Source: Thermoanaerobaculia bacterium (lineage in GTDB: Bacteria > Acidobacteriota > Thermoanaerobaculia > Gp7-AA8). From it: 64,000 bases of DNA. Every line of letters begins with the position of its first letter. The stretch's first letter is position 1. The DNA is taken from contig DATMNC010000088.1 in NCBI GenBank assembly GCA_035569395.1, positions 69,603-133,602 of the forward strand, in the 5' to 3' direction. Shown piece after piece: positions 1 to 9,475 of the stretch. The position numbers and the translations under genes were made by a program. The notes under the pieces were generated by a model. The model worked only from the letters and a program-made list of their open reading frames with translations. It was not told the DNA's origin and made no database searches.

Positions 1-188
1 TGTTTGGAGGCGCGCTTGCCGACGTAAACGATTTCGGCCGTCGCCGGCACGCGGTCGGCGATCGCGTCCGAGACCAGGGCGTCAATGGCAATGAAATCGG
101 CATGCGCGATCAGCTCCGCGGCGCGGAGCGTGAGGAGGCCGGGATCGCCGGGACCGGCGCCGACGAGAAAGACTTTGCCGGTGCTCAT
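1..188 (-). CDS. cobA: Uroporphyrinogen-III C-methyltransferase (SUMT domain), N-terminal part only; the gene runs off the window
   Basis: Reverse-complement translation from 188 gives MSTGKVFLVGAGPGDPGLLTLRAAELIAHADFIAIDALVSD..., which carries the SUMT VGAGPGD signature. Its ATG overlaps the hemC stop in an ATGA. Confidence 0.7.
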   Translation of the reverse strand, partial: MSTGKVFLVGAGPGDPGLLTLRAAELIAHADFIAIDALVSDAIADRVPATAEIVYVGKRASK

Positions 189-1087
189 GACACCAACTCC
201 ATCACCCCATGTTCGACCAACTCGGAGTGCACCTCGTCGATCACCGCGCCGGCGTCGTGCCTCTTGCACATCACGCGAACCGTTCGATCCCCTTCGATCT
301 CGCCGAAAAAAGCTCGCAGGGTGATCACGCCATCATCAAAGGTCGCGTGAACGGCACAGGCGGAGTAGCAGTCGAGGAGCGTACCGAACTTCTGCAGGAC
401 GCCACGCTCGCAATAGGCGGCCTGGGCGGTCGGGGGGTGGTCGATCGACGCGGCGATGGCGCGGCTGTCGCCGTCTCGCAGCGTCTCGATGGCGACGATG
501 CCCTGGCCGCAGGCGGGAAGCATCTCGGCGATCGAAAAGTACGAGGTGATCTCGCTGGAGCGCCCGAGACGGGTCAGCCCAGCGCTGGCGAGGATCGCGC
601 CGTCGTAGAGGCCGGCGCGAAGCTTGTTGATTCGGGTATCGACATTGCCGCGGATGTCATTGATGCGAAGGCCCGGATAGAGGGCCCGGAGCTGGGCGCG
701 ACGGCGCGGCGCGCTCGTGCCGACGACAGCGCCTTCCGGGAGTAATGCGATCGGCTTCGATTCGAGATTCACCCACGCGTCGCGAGGATCGGCGCGCTCG
801 AGGAACGCCGCCAGAACGAACTCATCCGGGATGATCGACGGGACGTCTTTGAGGCTGTGAACGGCCATGTCGATGTCTCGTCGAAGGAGTGCTTCTTCCA
901 GCTCCTTCACCCACAGACCCTTTCCGCCAATCGATGCCAGCGGCACGTCCTGCCGCTTGTCGGCCGTCGTCTTGTACGGGACGACCGCCGGCCGATAGCC
1001 GTTCTCGGCGAGGCGTTTGGCGACCTCGTTGGCCTGCCAGAGTGCGAGCTGGCTGCCGCGCGTGCCGATGCGGACCGGGCGGCTCAT
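185..1087 (-). CDS. hemC: Porphobilinogen deaminase (hydroxymethylbilane synthase)
   Basis: MSRPVRIGTRGSQLALWQA N-terminus. Start placed at the internal Met (1087), which gives an ATGA overlap with the hemA stop; the 5' extension in the ORF track is rejected. Confidence 0.85.
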   Translation of the reverse strand: MSRPVRIGTRGSQLALWQANEVAKRLAENGYRPAVVPYKTTADKRQDVPLASIGGKGLWVKELEEALLRRDIDMAVHSLKDVPSIIPDEFVLAAFLERADPRDAWVNLESKPIALLPEGAVVGTSAPRRRAQLRALYPGLRINDIRGNVDTRINKLRAGLYDGAILASAGLTRLGRSSEITSYFSIAEMLPACGQGIVAIETLRDGDSRAIAASIDHPPTAQAAYCERGVLQKFGTLLDCYSACAVHATFDDGVITLRAFFGEIEGDRTVRVMCKRHDAGAVIDEVHSELVEHGVMELVS

Positions 1088-2343
1088 CGCAGTCCGAAAA
1101 TCTTCCGAATGGTTTTGCGCAATGTCTCGCGCTCGGCCGGTTCTTCGGCCTCTTTGAGCTGCAGGATCGGGTAGTGAAGGATCTTGTTCACCATCTGCGT
1201 GGTCAGTTGCTCGATCGCGGCGCGCTGATCGGCATTCATCGGCCCGATCTTGCGCAGGCATTTCTCCAGCTCGGCCGTGCGGATAGCCTCCAGCCGCGCT
1301 TGCAGGTCGACGATCGTCGGCACGGCATCCTGCGCGGTCAGACGGCGCCGGAATGCATCGACCTCCCGATCGACGATCTGTTCGGCTTCTCCCGCTCTCT
1401 GCAGACGCAGCTCGCGGTTCGTGTCGGCGACATGCTGGAGATCGTCAATGTTGTAGAGATAGGCACCGTCGATGTCCGCGATGGCCGGCTCTATGTTGCG
1501 TGGAACGCAGAGATCGATGAGAAAGAGATTGCGGCGTCTGCGCGTGGCCAGGGCGCGGCGGACTTGTTTGCTCTCAACCACGAAATGCGGTGCGGCGGTC
1601 GAGGCGATGACGATGTCGCACGTCGCCAGGTACGGCTCGATCCCGTCGAACTTCACCGCCTGACCATGAAAGCGCTCCGCGAGCTCGATGGCTCGGTCGT
1701 ACGAGCGGTTGGCGACGAAGATCTGCTCGAGGCCGAAGGCGGACAGATGCTCGGCCGTCAGCTCGCCCATTTCGCCCGCGCCGAGGAGGAGGACCTGCAG
1801 GCCGTGAAGATCGCCGAAGATTTTCTTCGCCAGCTCGACCGCGGCATACGGCACGGAGACGGCGTGCTCGCCGATGCCTGTGTCGGTGCGTACGCGTTTG
1901 GAGACGCGCATGGTTTGGTCGAAGACTTGCGAGAGGAGCGAATCGAGCGCGCCGCACTCACGGCTGGCCAGAAAGGCGGCGCGCACCTGTCCGCCGATCT
2001 GCGGCTCACCGACGATCATCGAGTCGAGGCCGGAAGCGACGCGGAAGAGGTGCTTGAGCACGTCGCCGTGCCGAAGGATGTAGACGTGTTTCTCCAGCTC
2101 GGAGCGCGCCGTGCCGGCGCGCTGGGTCAGCCAGCCGACGATCGGTTCGATGACATCCTCGCGCGTGGCCGAAACGATCGCCTCGACGCGGTTGCATGTA
2201 GAAAGGACTGCAGCGCCGTCGATACCGTCGATGGCGCGAAGCTCATCAAGCGTCTCCGGCATCTTTGCCGGTGCCACGCTGAGCCGCTCGCGCACGTCGA
2301 CCGGCGCGGTGCGGTGATTCACGCCAACAGCGATCAGAGGCAT
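1084..2343 (-). CDS. hemA: Glutamyl-tRNA reductase
   Basis: MPLIAVGVNHRTAPVDVRERL and full-length similarity to HemA; sits in a heme operon with hemC and cobA. Confidence 0.9.
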   Translation of the reverse strand: MPLIAVGVNHRTAPVDVRERLSVAPAKMPETLDELRAIDGIDGAAVLSTCNRVEAIVSATREDVIEPIVGWLTQRAGTARSELEKHVYILRHGDVLKHLFRVASGLDSMIVGEPQIGGQVRAAFLASRECGALDSLLSQVFDQTMRVSKRVRTDTGIGEHAVSVPYAAVELAKKIFGDLHGLQVLLLGAGEMGELTAEHLSAFGLEQIFVANRSYDRAIELAERFHGQAVKFDGIEPYLATCDIVIASTAAPHFVVESKQVRRALATRRRRNLFLIDLCVPRNIEPAIADIDGAYLYNIDDLQHVADTNRELRLQRAGEAEQIVDREVDAFRRRLTAQDAVPTIVDLQARLEAIRTAELEKCLRKIGPMNADQRAAIEQLTTQMVNKILHYPILQLKEAEEPAERETLRKTIRKIFGLR

Positions 2344-2445
2344 GGGACCCTCGCGGTTGCGGAGCCTCGCGGTTGCGCGGTCTCGCGGTGGGTAATCGCG
2401 GAAACACCGCGCGACCGCAAAACCCCGAGACCGCGCAACCCCGTC
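2344..2445. repeat. Family-1 hairpin (GCGGTTGCGCGGTCTCGCGGTG ... CACCGCGCGACCGCAAAACCCCGAGACCGCGCAACC)
   Basis: Inverted arms between hemA and the CcsA-like gene. Confidence 0.7.
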
Positions 2446-3237
2446 TCACACATGATGAATCCCCAATATCGCCACGATGATGGCTACGAAGGCGCAGGCG
2501 CCGATGATGGCCGTGCGCCGCGTTCGATAGGTATCGTTCACATAAGCCTGCAGCACGACGGCGAACAACACCCAAGCCACGATGGCGCCGACCTGCTTGA
2601 CGCGGAGGTCCATCAGCTCGGCCGACGTACGGTAGGACCAGAGAATCCCGGCCAGGATGCCGAGCGTGTAGATACTGAATCCAATCGAGAGAGCCCGGTA
2701 GCTGACCATCTTGCAGACGTTGAGGCTGGGGATCCAATCCCACAGCGCGCCACGCTGCTTCGACTTCAGGGCCCGGTCCTGTGCCCAGGCAAGGCCGCCG
2801 AAGGCAAGGCCGATCAGCAATCCGGCCACGCCAGTCGTCGTTAGGAGGATGTGCGTGATGAAAAGGCGCGAGATGGCGGCCGGGCTCTTCACGAAAGGCT
2901 CGTGCACAACCGCCGAGACCGTCAGCAGCATCAACACCAGTGGGTAGACGAAGAACGACGCCGCGTGAACCCGATAGCGGATGAAGAGCGCCAGCTCGAC
3001 AGCGAAAATCGTCCAGGCCATGAAGCCGGCCGCCTCAGGCAGGTTCGTCAGCGGAGGATGGTGCGTCCGCACGCAGATCGTTCCAATCCACACCGTGTGC
3101 GCCACAAAGCCGGCGATCATCAGGCCGAGCGCGATGTGCTGGGGCCTCTTCTCGCGAGTGAAGAGCGTCGCCAGCGCCACGATGGTTCCGGCGGCGTAGA
3201 GGACGAGCGCGGCGTAAAGGGTGAGGTTCGGGCTCAT
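2446..3237 (-). CDS. Cytochrome c assembly family membrane protein (CcsA/HemX-like)
   Basis: 263 aa polytopic membrane protein immediately upstream of hemA, the usual position of ccsA-like genes. Confidence 0.5.
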   Translation of the reverse strand: MSPNLTLYAALVLYAAGTIVALATLFTREKRPQHIALGLMIAGFVAHTVWIGTICVRTHHPPLTNLPEAAGFMAWTIFAVELALFIRYRVHAASFFVYPLVLMLLTVSAVVHEPFVKSPAAISRLFITHILLTTTGVAGLLIGLAFGGLAWAQDRALKSKQRGALWDWIPSLNVCKMVSYRALSIGFSIYTLGILAGILWSYRTSAELMDLRVKQVGAIVAWVLFAVVLQAYVNDTYRTRRTAIIGACAFVAIIVAILGIHHV

Positions 3238-3238
3238 G

Positions 3239-3733
3239 TCAGCCTGGCGTCAGCTTCTTGCAATAGACGACTTTATCGTCTTCGATCCGGTAAAAATCCT
3301 TGATTCGCGAGATCTCGTCGTACCCGCTGCGTTCGTAGAACCGCAGCGTCGGCGCATAGCTTTCCTTCGACGACGTCTCGATCAGGAGCATGCGCCCGCG
3401 CTGGCGCCGGACCTCATTCTCGACGAAACGGAGCAGCAGTTGCCCGATGCCCTGACCCTGCTGCTTGGGATCGACGGCGATCCAGTACAAGTCGAATACC
3501 CCGTCCGTGTGGGGCGTGGGGCCGTAGCAGACATAGCCCTGCACGAGCTTTTTCGGCCCGCTGTCGGGGTCCTCGAGCACGTGGACGATGTACTCGCCCT
3601 TTTCAGGGTGTTCCTGAGCGGAATCGACCAGATCCATCGCACCGTGCACTTCGTCTTCCGTGAAGCGCGCGGTGGCGACGAGAATCTCGTGGATGCGCCG
3701 TCGATCGCGCGGCTCGGCAGAACGGATTTTCAT
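3239..3733 (-). CDS. GNAT family N-acetyltransferase
   Basis: Acetyl-CoA binding motif QGQGIGQLLL and an RFYERSGY tail. Start placed at the internal Met (MKIRSAEPRDRRRIHEIL). Confidence 0.65.
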   Translation of the reverse strand: MKIRSAEPRDRRRIHEILVATARFTEDEVHGAMDLVDSAQEHPEKGEYIVHVLEDPDSGPKKLVQGYVCYGPTPHTDGVFDLYWIAVDPKQQGQGIGQLLLRFVENEVRRQRGRMLLIETSSKESYAPTLRFYERSGYDEISRIKDFYRIEDDKVVYCKKLTPG

Positions 3734-3939
3734 GAGCGCTGTCGCGTGTCGGTGGCCGACATGATAAGCGCGTTCGGTTTGGTCTCGGCGATTCACAGTT
3801 GGTTCCGTTTCCGATGCCAGACAGTACGAATACGGCGCGAAACAAGACGTTTGCAATGTCACGCCGCGATGTGTCACTGATCACATGACGGTTTCGATCG
3901 CGCCCCTGGGAGCCTGCGCAGCCGAACGATGGAGCGAAG

Positions 3940-3992
3940 ATGGCGGCCGAGCCTTGGGCAACCAGCACAGCCGGCCGTGCCGGCCTCAGCTG
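3940..3992. repeat. Family-3 element (GGCCGAGCCTTGGGCAACCAGC..GCCGGCCGTGCCGGCCT) overlapping the hflX stop codon
   Basis: Near-identical to the copy at 22796-22852. Both sit at the 3' end of minus-strand genes in the same orientation. Confidence 0.65.
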
Positions 3993-5239
3993 ACCTTGGC
4001 CGGCTTCAACAACCCCGTTGCCGCGTACGCTTCGAACAGGTGGAGGGCGTCCCGCGGAATCCAGGCGGTAAGGATCATGGCCCGGTCGGTGACGCGCTGC
4101 TCGTAAACCTGTGCAACGTCATGCAGCTTCGCGATCACCCGCGCATCGTTGTGCGGAATCTCGAGCTGGATGACCTCGCCGTTCTCGAGCTCGCGCTCCC
4201 GGATGATGTCGATGAGGCGGTCGATGTTGCGGCCGGTCAGAGCGGAGACGGTCGCGCGGTTTTTGGCGAGACTCCGCAACCCTTCTTCCGTCAAATCCGC
4301 CTTGTTGTACACCTCGATCACCCGATCCAACTGGACGCCGAGGTCTCGCAGCACCTCCTCGCCGACGGCTCGCTGGTCTTCGAATTGCGGGTGGCTGGAG
4401 TCGATGACGTGCAAAACGAGATCGGCGGCGACGGCCTCTTCCATCGTCGAGCGGAAGGAGGCAACGAGGTGGTGGGGCAGCTTGCGAATGAACCCGACGG
4501 TATCGATGACCACGGTCTCGCGTGGCATCTCGAAGGCGGCGCGCGCCGACTTGGCGTCGAGGGTGGCGAACAGTTTGTCGGCCATTTCCGCCGAGCCGCT
4601 GGTGAGGCGATTGAAGAGCGTCGACTTACCGGCATTGGTGTAGCCGACCAGCGCGACCGAAAAAACGGCGTTGCGCGACTTGCGCTGCGTCTCGCGTGTC
4701 CGCTCGATCTTCGTCAGCTCCTCTTTCAGCCGGGCGATGCGGTTGCGGATGATGCGGCGGTCGAGCTCGAGCTGCGTTTCGCCGACGCCGCGCGTCCCGA
4801 TTCCGCCAGCCTGGCGCTCGAGGTGCGTCCATGCCCGCGTCAGGCGCGGCAGCATGTATTCGAGCTGCGCCAACTCCACCTGCGTACGCGCTTCGCGGCT
4901 TCGCGCGCGGCCGGCGAAGATGTCCAGAATGAGTCCGCTCCGGTCGATCACCTTGACCTCTGTGATCTTTTCGAGATTGCGCGCCTGGGCCGGCGAGAGG
5001 TCGTCATCGAAGACGATCAATTTCGCCCCCGTCTTCGCCACCAGGGCCTTGATCTGCTCGGCTTTGCCGCTGCCGACGTAGGTCGCCGGATCGGGACGCG
5101 GCCGTTTGGCGAGAACCCGGTCGACGACGGTGCCGCCAGCGGTCTCGATGAGTTTTTCCAGCTCGGCGAGGTGTTCTTCGGCGACGCCGCGGGTGAGGTC
5201 AGGAAGAATCAGAGCAACTGCGATGACGTTTTCGGGCAC
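3986..5239 (-). CDS. hflX: GTPase HflX
   Basis: HflX N-domain followed by G-motifs GYTNAGKSTLFN and DTVGF. Confidence 0.85.
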   Translation of the reverse strand: MPENVIAVALILPDLTRGVAEEHLAELEKLIETAGGTVVDRVLAKRPRPDPATYVGSGKAEQIKALVAKTGAKLIVFDDDLSPAQARNLEKITEVKVIDRSGLILDIFAGRARSREARTQVELAQLEYMLPRLTRAWTHLERQAGGIGTRGVGETQLELDRRIIRNRIARLKEELTKIERTRETQRKSRNAVFSVALVGYTNAGKSTLFNRLTSGSAEMADKLFATLDAKSARAAFEMPRETVVIDTVGFIRKLPHHLVASFRSTMEEAVAADLVLHVIDSSHPQFEDQRAVGEEVLRDLGVQLDRVIEVYNKADLTEEGLRSLAKNRATVSALTGRNIDRLIDIIRERELENGEVIQLEIPHNDARVIAKLHDVAQVYEQRVTDRAMILTAWIPRDALHLFEAYAATGLLKPAKVS

Positions 5240-5277
5240 GTTTGATTTGGGATGCGAATGATACGAGCCTTTCCCTG

Positions 5278-5307
5278 GAAATGAAAAGGCGCCGCGGTTG
5301 CGGCGCC
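5278..5307 (-). terminator. Rho-independent terminator after the TM2-domain gene
   Basis: Perfect 8-bp stem GGCGCCGC-ggtt-GCGGCGCC, followed on the minus strand by a T-run (TTTTCATTTCC). Confidence 0.6.
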
Positions 5308-5328
5308 TTCGCTATCGATGCAATGGAC

Positions 5329-5688
5329 TCAGGCGTGCTTGTCGAAGAACGTCCACTCCCCGAGTGGCAGACCGTTCTTGAGATGCTGTGCCTGCAGATA
5401 GCCGTCGATCGCCGCGACGATCGACACGAGACCGGAAACGATGCCGCATGTGAATAGCCCCAGGCCCCAGGCGATCACAGCCACGATCCCCTTCATCTTC
5501 TGTCCCATCATGAAGTAGCCGAGACAGCCGGCCACGATGAGATTCAGAACGGCGATGAGGACGGGATCCTTCGGCGGCTGCTGGGGATAGATGATGGCGC
5601 CACCCGGGGCGGCTGGCGTGCCGCCATCCGGTGACGGTGGTGGAGGTGGTGGTGGTGTGTAGGAACCGGAACCGCCAGGCGTGTCCAT
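5329..5688 (-). CDS. TM2-domain small membrane protein with polyproline N-terminus
   Basis: SYTPPPPPPPSP N-terminus, then a TM2-like core (LGYFMMGQKMKGI) and two TM helices. Confidence 0.5.
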   Translation of the reverse strand: MDTPGGSGSYTPPPPPPPSPDGGTPAAPGGAIIYPQQPPKDPVLIAVLNLIVAGCLGYFMMGQKMKGIVAVIAWGLGLFTCGIVSGLVSIVAAIDGYLQAQHLKNGLPLGEWTFFDKHA

Positions 5689-5704
5689 CGAGATCTCCTT
5701 TTGA

Positions 5705-6127
5705 CTACATCTTCTCAGCGAAGTCGGTGACGACCGGGATGCGGAAGCGCTCGCCCTTGACCGCTTTCATGATGCATACGATCGAGAGCGCCAGGAAACC
5801 GAGCCAGACCGCGCAGAAGATCACCGCCAATCCGCATCCGAGGAAGGGGATGCGAACAAAAATCAGCATGATCCTGACGATGAAGATGATGACTTCCACG
5901 CCGAACAACGCTGTGCCGTTCTTCGCGTGCCACTGAACCTCGGGATCGTCTTTCTTCACCAGCAGCGGGATGAGGCAGAGGATGCCGAGATAGGACAGCA
6001 CCAGCATGATAGTCCGGTCACTGTTCGGAGCGGCCCCACCCGGAGGCGGAGGAGGCGGCGGCGTGTAACTTCCACCTGGAGGAGGTGGGGGCGGAGGCGG
6101 CGTGTACGAAGTAGGTGTGTCGCTCAT
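5705..6127 (-). CDS. DUF4870-like small membrane protein with polyproline N-terminus
   Basis: N-terminus has SYTPPPPPPPPGGSYTPPPPPPPGG; the QWHAKNGTALFG motif resembles the DUF4870 HAKQ motif. Confidence 0.5.
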   Translation of the reverse strand: MSDTPTSYTPPPPPPPPGGSYTPPPPPPPGGAAPNSDRTIMLVLSYLGILCLIPLLVKKDDPEVQWHAKNGTALFGVEVIIFIVRIMLIFVRIPFLGCGLAVIFCAVWLGFLALSIVCIMKAVKGERFRIPVVTDFAEKM

Positions 6128-6169
6128 GGCTTCTCCTCTGATAACCGAATTGTTGGTTTCGCCGCGATT

Positions 6170-7837
6170 CTAACGACTTTCCGCAAGCGCGGTTAAACGT
6201 TTTTCGGCGGCCATGAGAGGAAACACGCAGAGTGCAATCGAGAGTGTGACCGCAATCACCAGCGGGATGAGATCGGCGGCCAGAGCTTCGCTTTCCAGCC
6301 CGAAGAATCGCGAAAAGAAGTAGCGGGTGACGGGCTTCGTCATCAACATCATCACGCCGCCGACGTACGCGAGCGCCGCCGCCATGTAGACAAAGCCTCC
6401 GAGCGAGAGACCGACCTGCAGCGGATTCTCGGCCGCAAAGTCCGGCGACAACGCACCCAGCCCGACTCCCATGCTTACCAGCGTCACACCGAGCATCGAG
6501 GCGCCGAAAAGCGTGAAGAGCCAAACCACGCGGTTGGCGTCGAGCAACACGTCCGCGAACACCGTGAGCAGAATGGAGAGGATCGTCAGCGGAGCGCCGT
6601 AGACGAGCACTTTGACGAGGAGCAGCCGCCGGTACGACACCGGCGCGCTCTGCAACATCCAGAACGCCTTCCCCTCCGAAGAGATCGACGGATAGGCGAA
6701 ACGCAGACAGATGGCGGCCACCACGAAACCGGCCATGCCGAGGTTCGCGTAGGCGACGATCGTGGCCCGGGCGTCGCCGCCTAGGGGCAGCATGCGGATG
6801 TTGTAGAGATAGAGAAAAACGAGCGCGAGCATTAAGAACAACTGCGACCACTGGGCGACGTCGCGTGTAAGCGTCCGTACTTCCTTACCGATCATCGCGC
6901 GCGTCGGCGGCGAGAAGGGGACGAGCAGGCGATCGGCGATGCGCGTCAGACCGCTCGCGCCAAGCGCGGCCGGAGCCATGCTTTCGCGCGCCCGGACGAA
7001 GGCTGTGAAATAGGTGCGCCGCGCCACAAGAACGAACATCGCGAACAGCGCCAGAGCAGTGACGGCAATCCTCGGCGGCAGCACGGATGACGGACGCCCC
7101 TCCGCCATGGCCACCATCGAGTCGGCCAGGGCCGTGCCAGGATAGCGGTCGAGCGAGGGGAGCTCGATCGAGCGGATCACGCGCGTCACATCGTCCGTGT
7201 TGATGCTGGTAAAGAGCCGTTCCGGGCGGCTCATGCGGAAGGCGACGACGGCGACAGTGAGAACGAGGATGGCGATGGTAGCCACGATCTGGCTCACGCG
7301 CTGAATCGGGAAGAAGCGGACGAGAATGATGATGACCATCGCGCCGAGCGTCACCGGGATGGTCAGCAGCAGCGCCAGATTCACGAGCGCGATCGGATAC
7401 AGCCGTGCCGGCGTGTGGTAGCGCTGTGCGAAGGCGATGAACAGCGGCGCGAGGAAGATATAGATCATCGTGGCGCTTTGCGCGAACGTCTTCCCCCAGC
7501 GCGCGATGACGAGGCGCGTTTTCGACAGCGGCGCGGCGTGATACGTGTCGAGATCCAGATCGCTGAAGAAGGATCCAATCGCCGCAGTCATGGCTGACGA
7601 GAAAAGCATGACGAAGGCCGCCAGGAAGACCAGCGCCAGGAGATTGCGTAAAAGCCCGAGCGCGAGAAACGGCGACGCCTCCTCGACCTTCGCCATCGCC
7701 GCGAAGAGCCGCCGGAAGAGGGCAAAGTCACCGTAGAGAAACAACGCAAACAATGCGATGACGATCGACGTACGCGTGATCGTCGCCGCGTTGAAGGGGC
7801 GGAGTTTAGATGCGGTGATTCGTATGGGCCAGAACAT
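6170..7837 (-). CDS. Polytopic integral membrane protein (possible ABC-2-like permease)
   Basis: 555 aa with at least 12 predicted hydrophobic helices and no recognisable catalytic motif. Confidence 0.55.
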   Translation of the reverse strand: MFWPIRITASKLRPFNAATITRTSIVIALFALFLYGDFALFRRLFAAMAKVEEASPFLALGLLRNLLALVFLAAFVMLFSSAMTAAIGSFFSDLDLDTYHAAPLSKTRLVIARWGKTFAQSATMIYIFLAPLFIAFAQRYHTPARLYPIALVNLALLLTIPVTLGAMVIIILVRFFPIQRVSQIVATIAILVLTVAVVAFRMSRPERLFTSINTDDVTRVIRSIELPSLDRYPGTALADSMVAMAEGRPSSVLPPRIAVTALALFAMFVLVARRTYFTAFVRARESMAPAALGASGLTRIADRLLVPFSPPTRAMIGKEVRTLTRDVAQWSQLFLMLALVFLYLYNIRMLPLGGDARATIVAYANLGMAGFVVAAICLRFAYPSISSEGKAFWMLQSAPVSYRRLLLVKVLVYGAPLTILSILLTVFADVLLDANRVVWLFTLFGASMLGVTLVSMGVGLGALSPDFAAENPLQVGLSLGGFVYMAAALAYVGGVMMLMTKPVTRYFFSRFFGLESEALAADLIPLVIAVTLSIALCVFPLMAAEKRLTALAESR

Positions 7838-7990
7838 GCGGTTGCGAGGTCGCGAGGTTACGCGGTCTCGCGGTTGCTTGGCTACTGGGTTACTGGGTTA
7901 CTTTTGGTAGGCGTGCTTAAATTGATCGGCAACCCTGCAACCAAGCAACCATCCACCGCGAGACCGCGCAACCCCGAGACCGCGCTGCCG
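7838..7990. repeat. Family-1 compound hairpin repeat (GCGGTCTCGCGGTTGC ... GCAACCCCGAGACCGCGC with nested GGGTTACTGGGTTAC / GCAACCAAGCAACC)
   Basis: Long inverted-repeat arms fill the gap between the membrane protein and ddl. The same arms recur at eight other loci. Confidence 0.7.
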
Positions 7991-9076
7991 CTACACGATC
8001 CCCTTCACCTCATCGAACCACTTCATCGCACTCTCATGCCGCGATGCTCTCGCATGCGAGCGCTCAATCCCGAGCTCGATCAGTTTCTCGATCAACCTCG
8101 AGTACTTGATCTCCGTGGCTTCCCACAGTTTCGGGTACATGGAGATGTTCGTGAAGCCGGGGATTGTGTTGATCTCGTTGACGTAAAGACGGTTTTTGCC
8201 GCGCTCGAGGAAAAAGTCGACGCGTGCGTACCCTGCGGCACCGATCGCTTTGAACGCGGCGATGGCCAGCCGGCGAAACTCGTCCGTTTTTTCCTTCGGC
8301 AACTTCGCAGGGATGACGAGCTGTGTCTTGTCGTCGACGTACTTATCCTCGTAATCGTAAAACTCGCGGCCGGCGATGATCTCGCCCGGCAGGCTGGCTT
8401 TCGGATCGTCGTTGCCGAGAACGGCCACCTCGATCTCACGAGCATCGATGCCGCGCTCCACGAGCGCCTTTTCGTCAAAACGGAACGCCTTCTCGATCGC
8501 GGCGGCGAGGTCGTCGTCACTCTTGACTTTCGTCACGCCCACCGAAGAGCCGCCATTCGCGGGCTTCACGAAGTACGGAAGGCGCAGGGCGTTGTTGACC
8601 GAGCGAATGATCCGTTCGCGCTCGTTGCGCCAATCGTTCTCCTGCACTTGAACGAAGTCGACCAATGGCAGTTTGGCGGCGGCGAAGGCATGCTTCATGT
8701 GTCCTTTGTCCATACCGATCGCCGACGCCGTAACCCCGCTACCAACGTAGGGAAGCCCGAGGATTTCGAGATAGCCCTGCAACGTCCCGTCCTCGCCGTC
8801 TGTGCCATGGATCAAAGGGAAAACACAATCGGGTCCGTTATCGCGCGCCCACAACTCCATCGAAAAACCGTCATCGCCGCGGTCGCTCTTGTCGTTGGCG
8901 TCCAGAATCCGCGCGCTTCGTTCAGGGGATACGAAGCGGCCGTCTTTCGCGATACAGATCGGGACGATATCGATGTTCGGCTTCGGCGCGGCATTGGCCA
9001 CCGATCGCGCGGAAAGGATCGATACCTCGTGCTCCGCGCTCCGGCCGCCGAAGAGAAGAATGGTGCGGATGGGCAT
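7991..9076 (-). CDS. ddl: D-alanine--D-alanine ligase
   Basis: ATP-grasp protein with Ddl motifs (LLFGGRSAEHEVS, EINTIPGFT). Confidence 0.9.
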   Translation of the reverse strand: MPIRTILLFGGRSAEHEVSILSARSVANAAPKPNIDIVPICIAKDGRFVSPERSARILDANDKSDRGDDGFSMELWARDNGPDCVFPLIHGTDGEDGTLQGYLEILGLPYVGSGVTASAIGMDKGHMKHAFAAAKLPLVDFVQVQENDWRNERERIIRSVNNALRLPYFVKPANGGSSVGVTKVKSDDDLAAAIEKAFRFDEKALVERGIDAREIEVAVLGNDDPKASLPGEIIAGREFYDYEDKYVDDKTQLVIPAKLPKEKTDEFRRLAIAAFKAIGAAGYARVDFFLERGKNRLYVNEINTIPGFTNISMYPKLWEATEIKYSRLIEKLIELGIERSHARASRHESAMKWFDEVKGIV

Positions 9077-9094
9077 GGGCGGAGAGTGTAACTG

Positions 9095-9358
9095 TCATCG
9101 CCACAATCCCCGCATCACCACGTGCCCGAACGATTCCATCAACTGCGCGGGCAGGACATTCAGCGCTCTCGCCAGCTTGAGGACGACCGTCAGGCTCGGC
9201 ACCTTGTCGCCGCGCTCGACCTGACCGACGTAGGTCGTCGTCAAGCCGGATCGCTCGGCGAGATCCTCCTGGGTCCACGCGTACTCTTTGCGGACACGGC
9301 GGACCACCTCTCCGAAGATTGCTGCCTCTTGCGCTCTCGGCACACGTGGAAGTAACAA
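9095..9358 (-). CDS. XRE-family HTH transcriptional regulator
   Basis: AWTQEDLAERSGLTTTYVGQVERG helix-turn-helix. Confidence 0.7.
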   Translation of the reverse strand: MLLPRVPRAQEAAIFGEVVRRVRKEYAWTQEDLAERSGLTTTYVGQVERGDKVPSLTVVLKLARALNVLPAQLMESFGHVVMRGLWR

Positions 9359-9475
9359 TTGCTACTGACTTCTTGTCCAGTAACCGCAGTTACCTACTGC
9401 CATAAGGCGCGCGCATCCTCGGTTCGCCCGACCGCGGTCAAGGGAGGTTCTCCACCAATGGTGGAGTCGCGTTTC

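Noticed and set aside
889-2844. 651-aa plus-strand ORF spanning hemC/hemA
   Set aside because: It is antisense to two well-supported genes. Its Arg/Ala/Gly-rich low-complexity translation is the typical open antisense frame of a high-GC genome.
6018-6851. 277-aa minus-strand ORF overlapping the 555-aa membrane protein
   Set aside because: It is an alternative frame of a supported gene, with Arg-rich composition.
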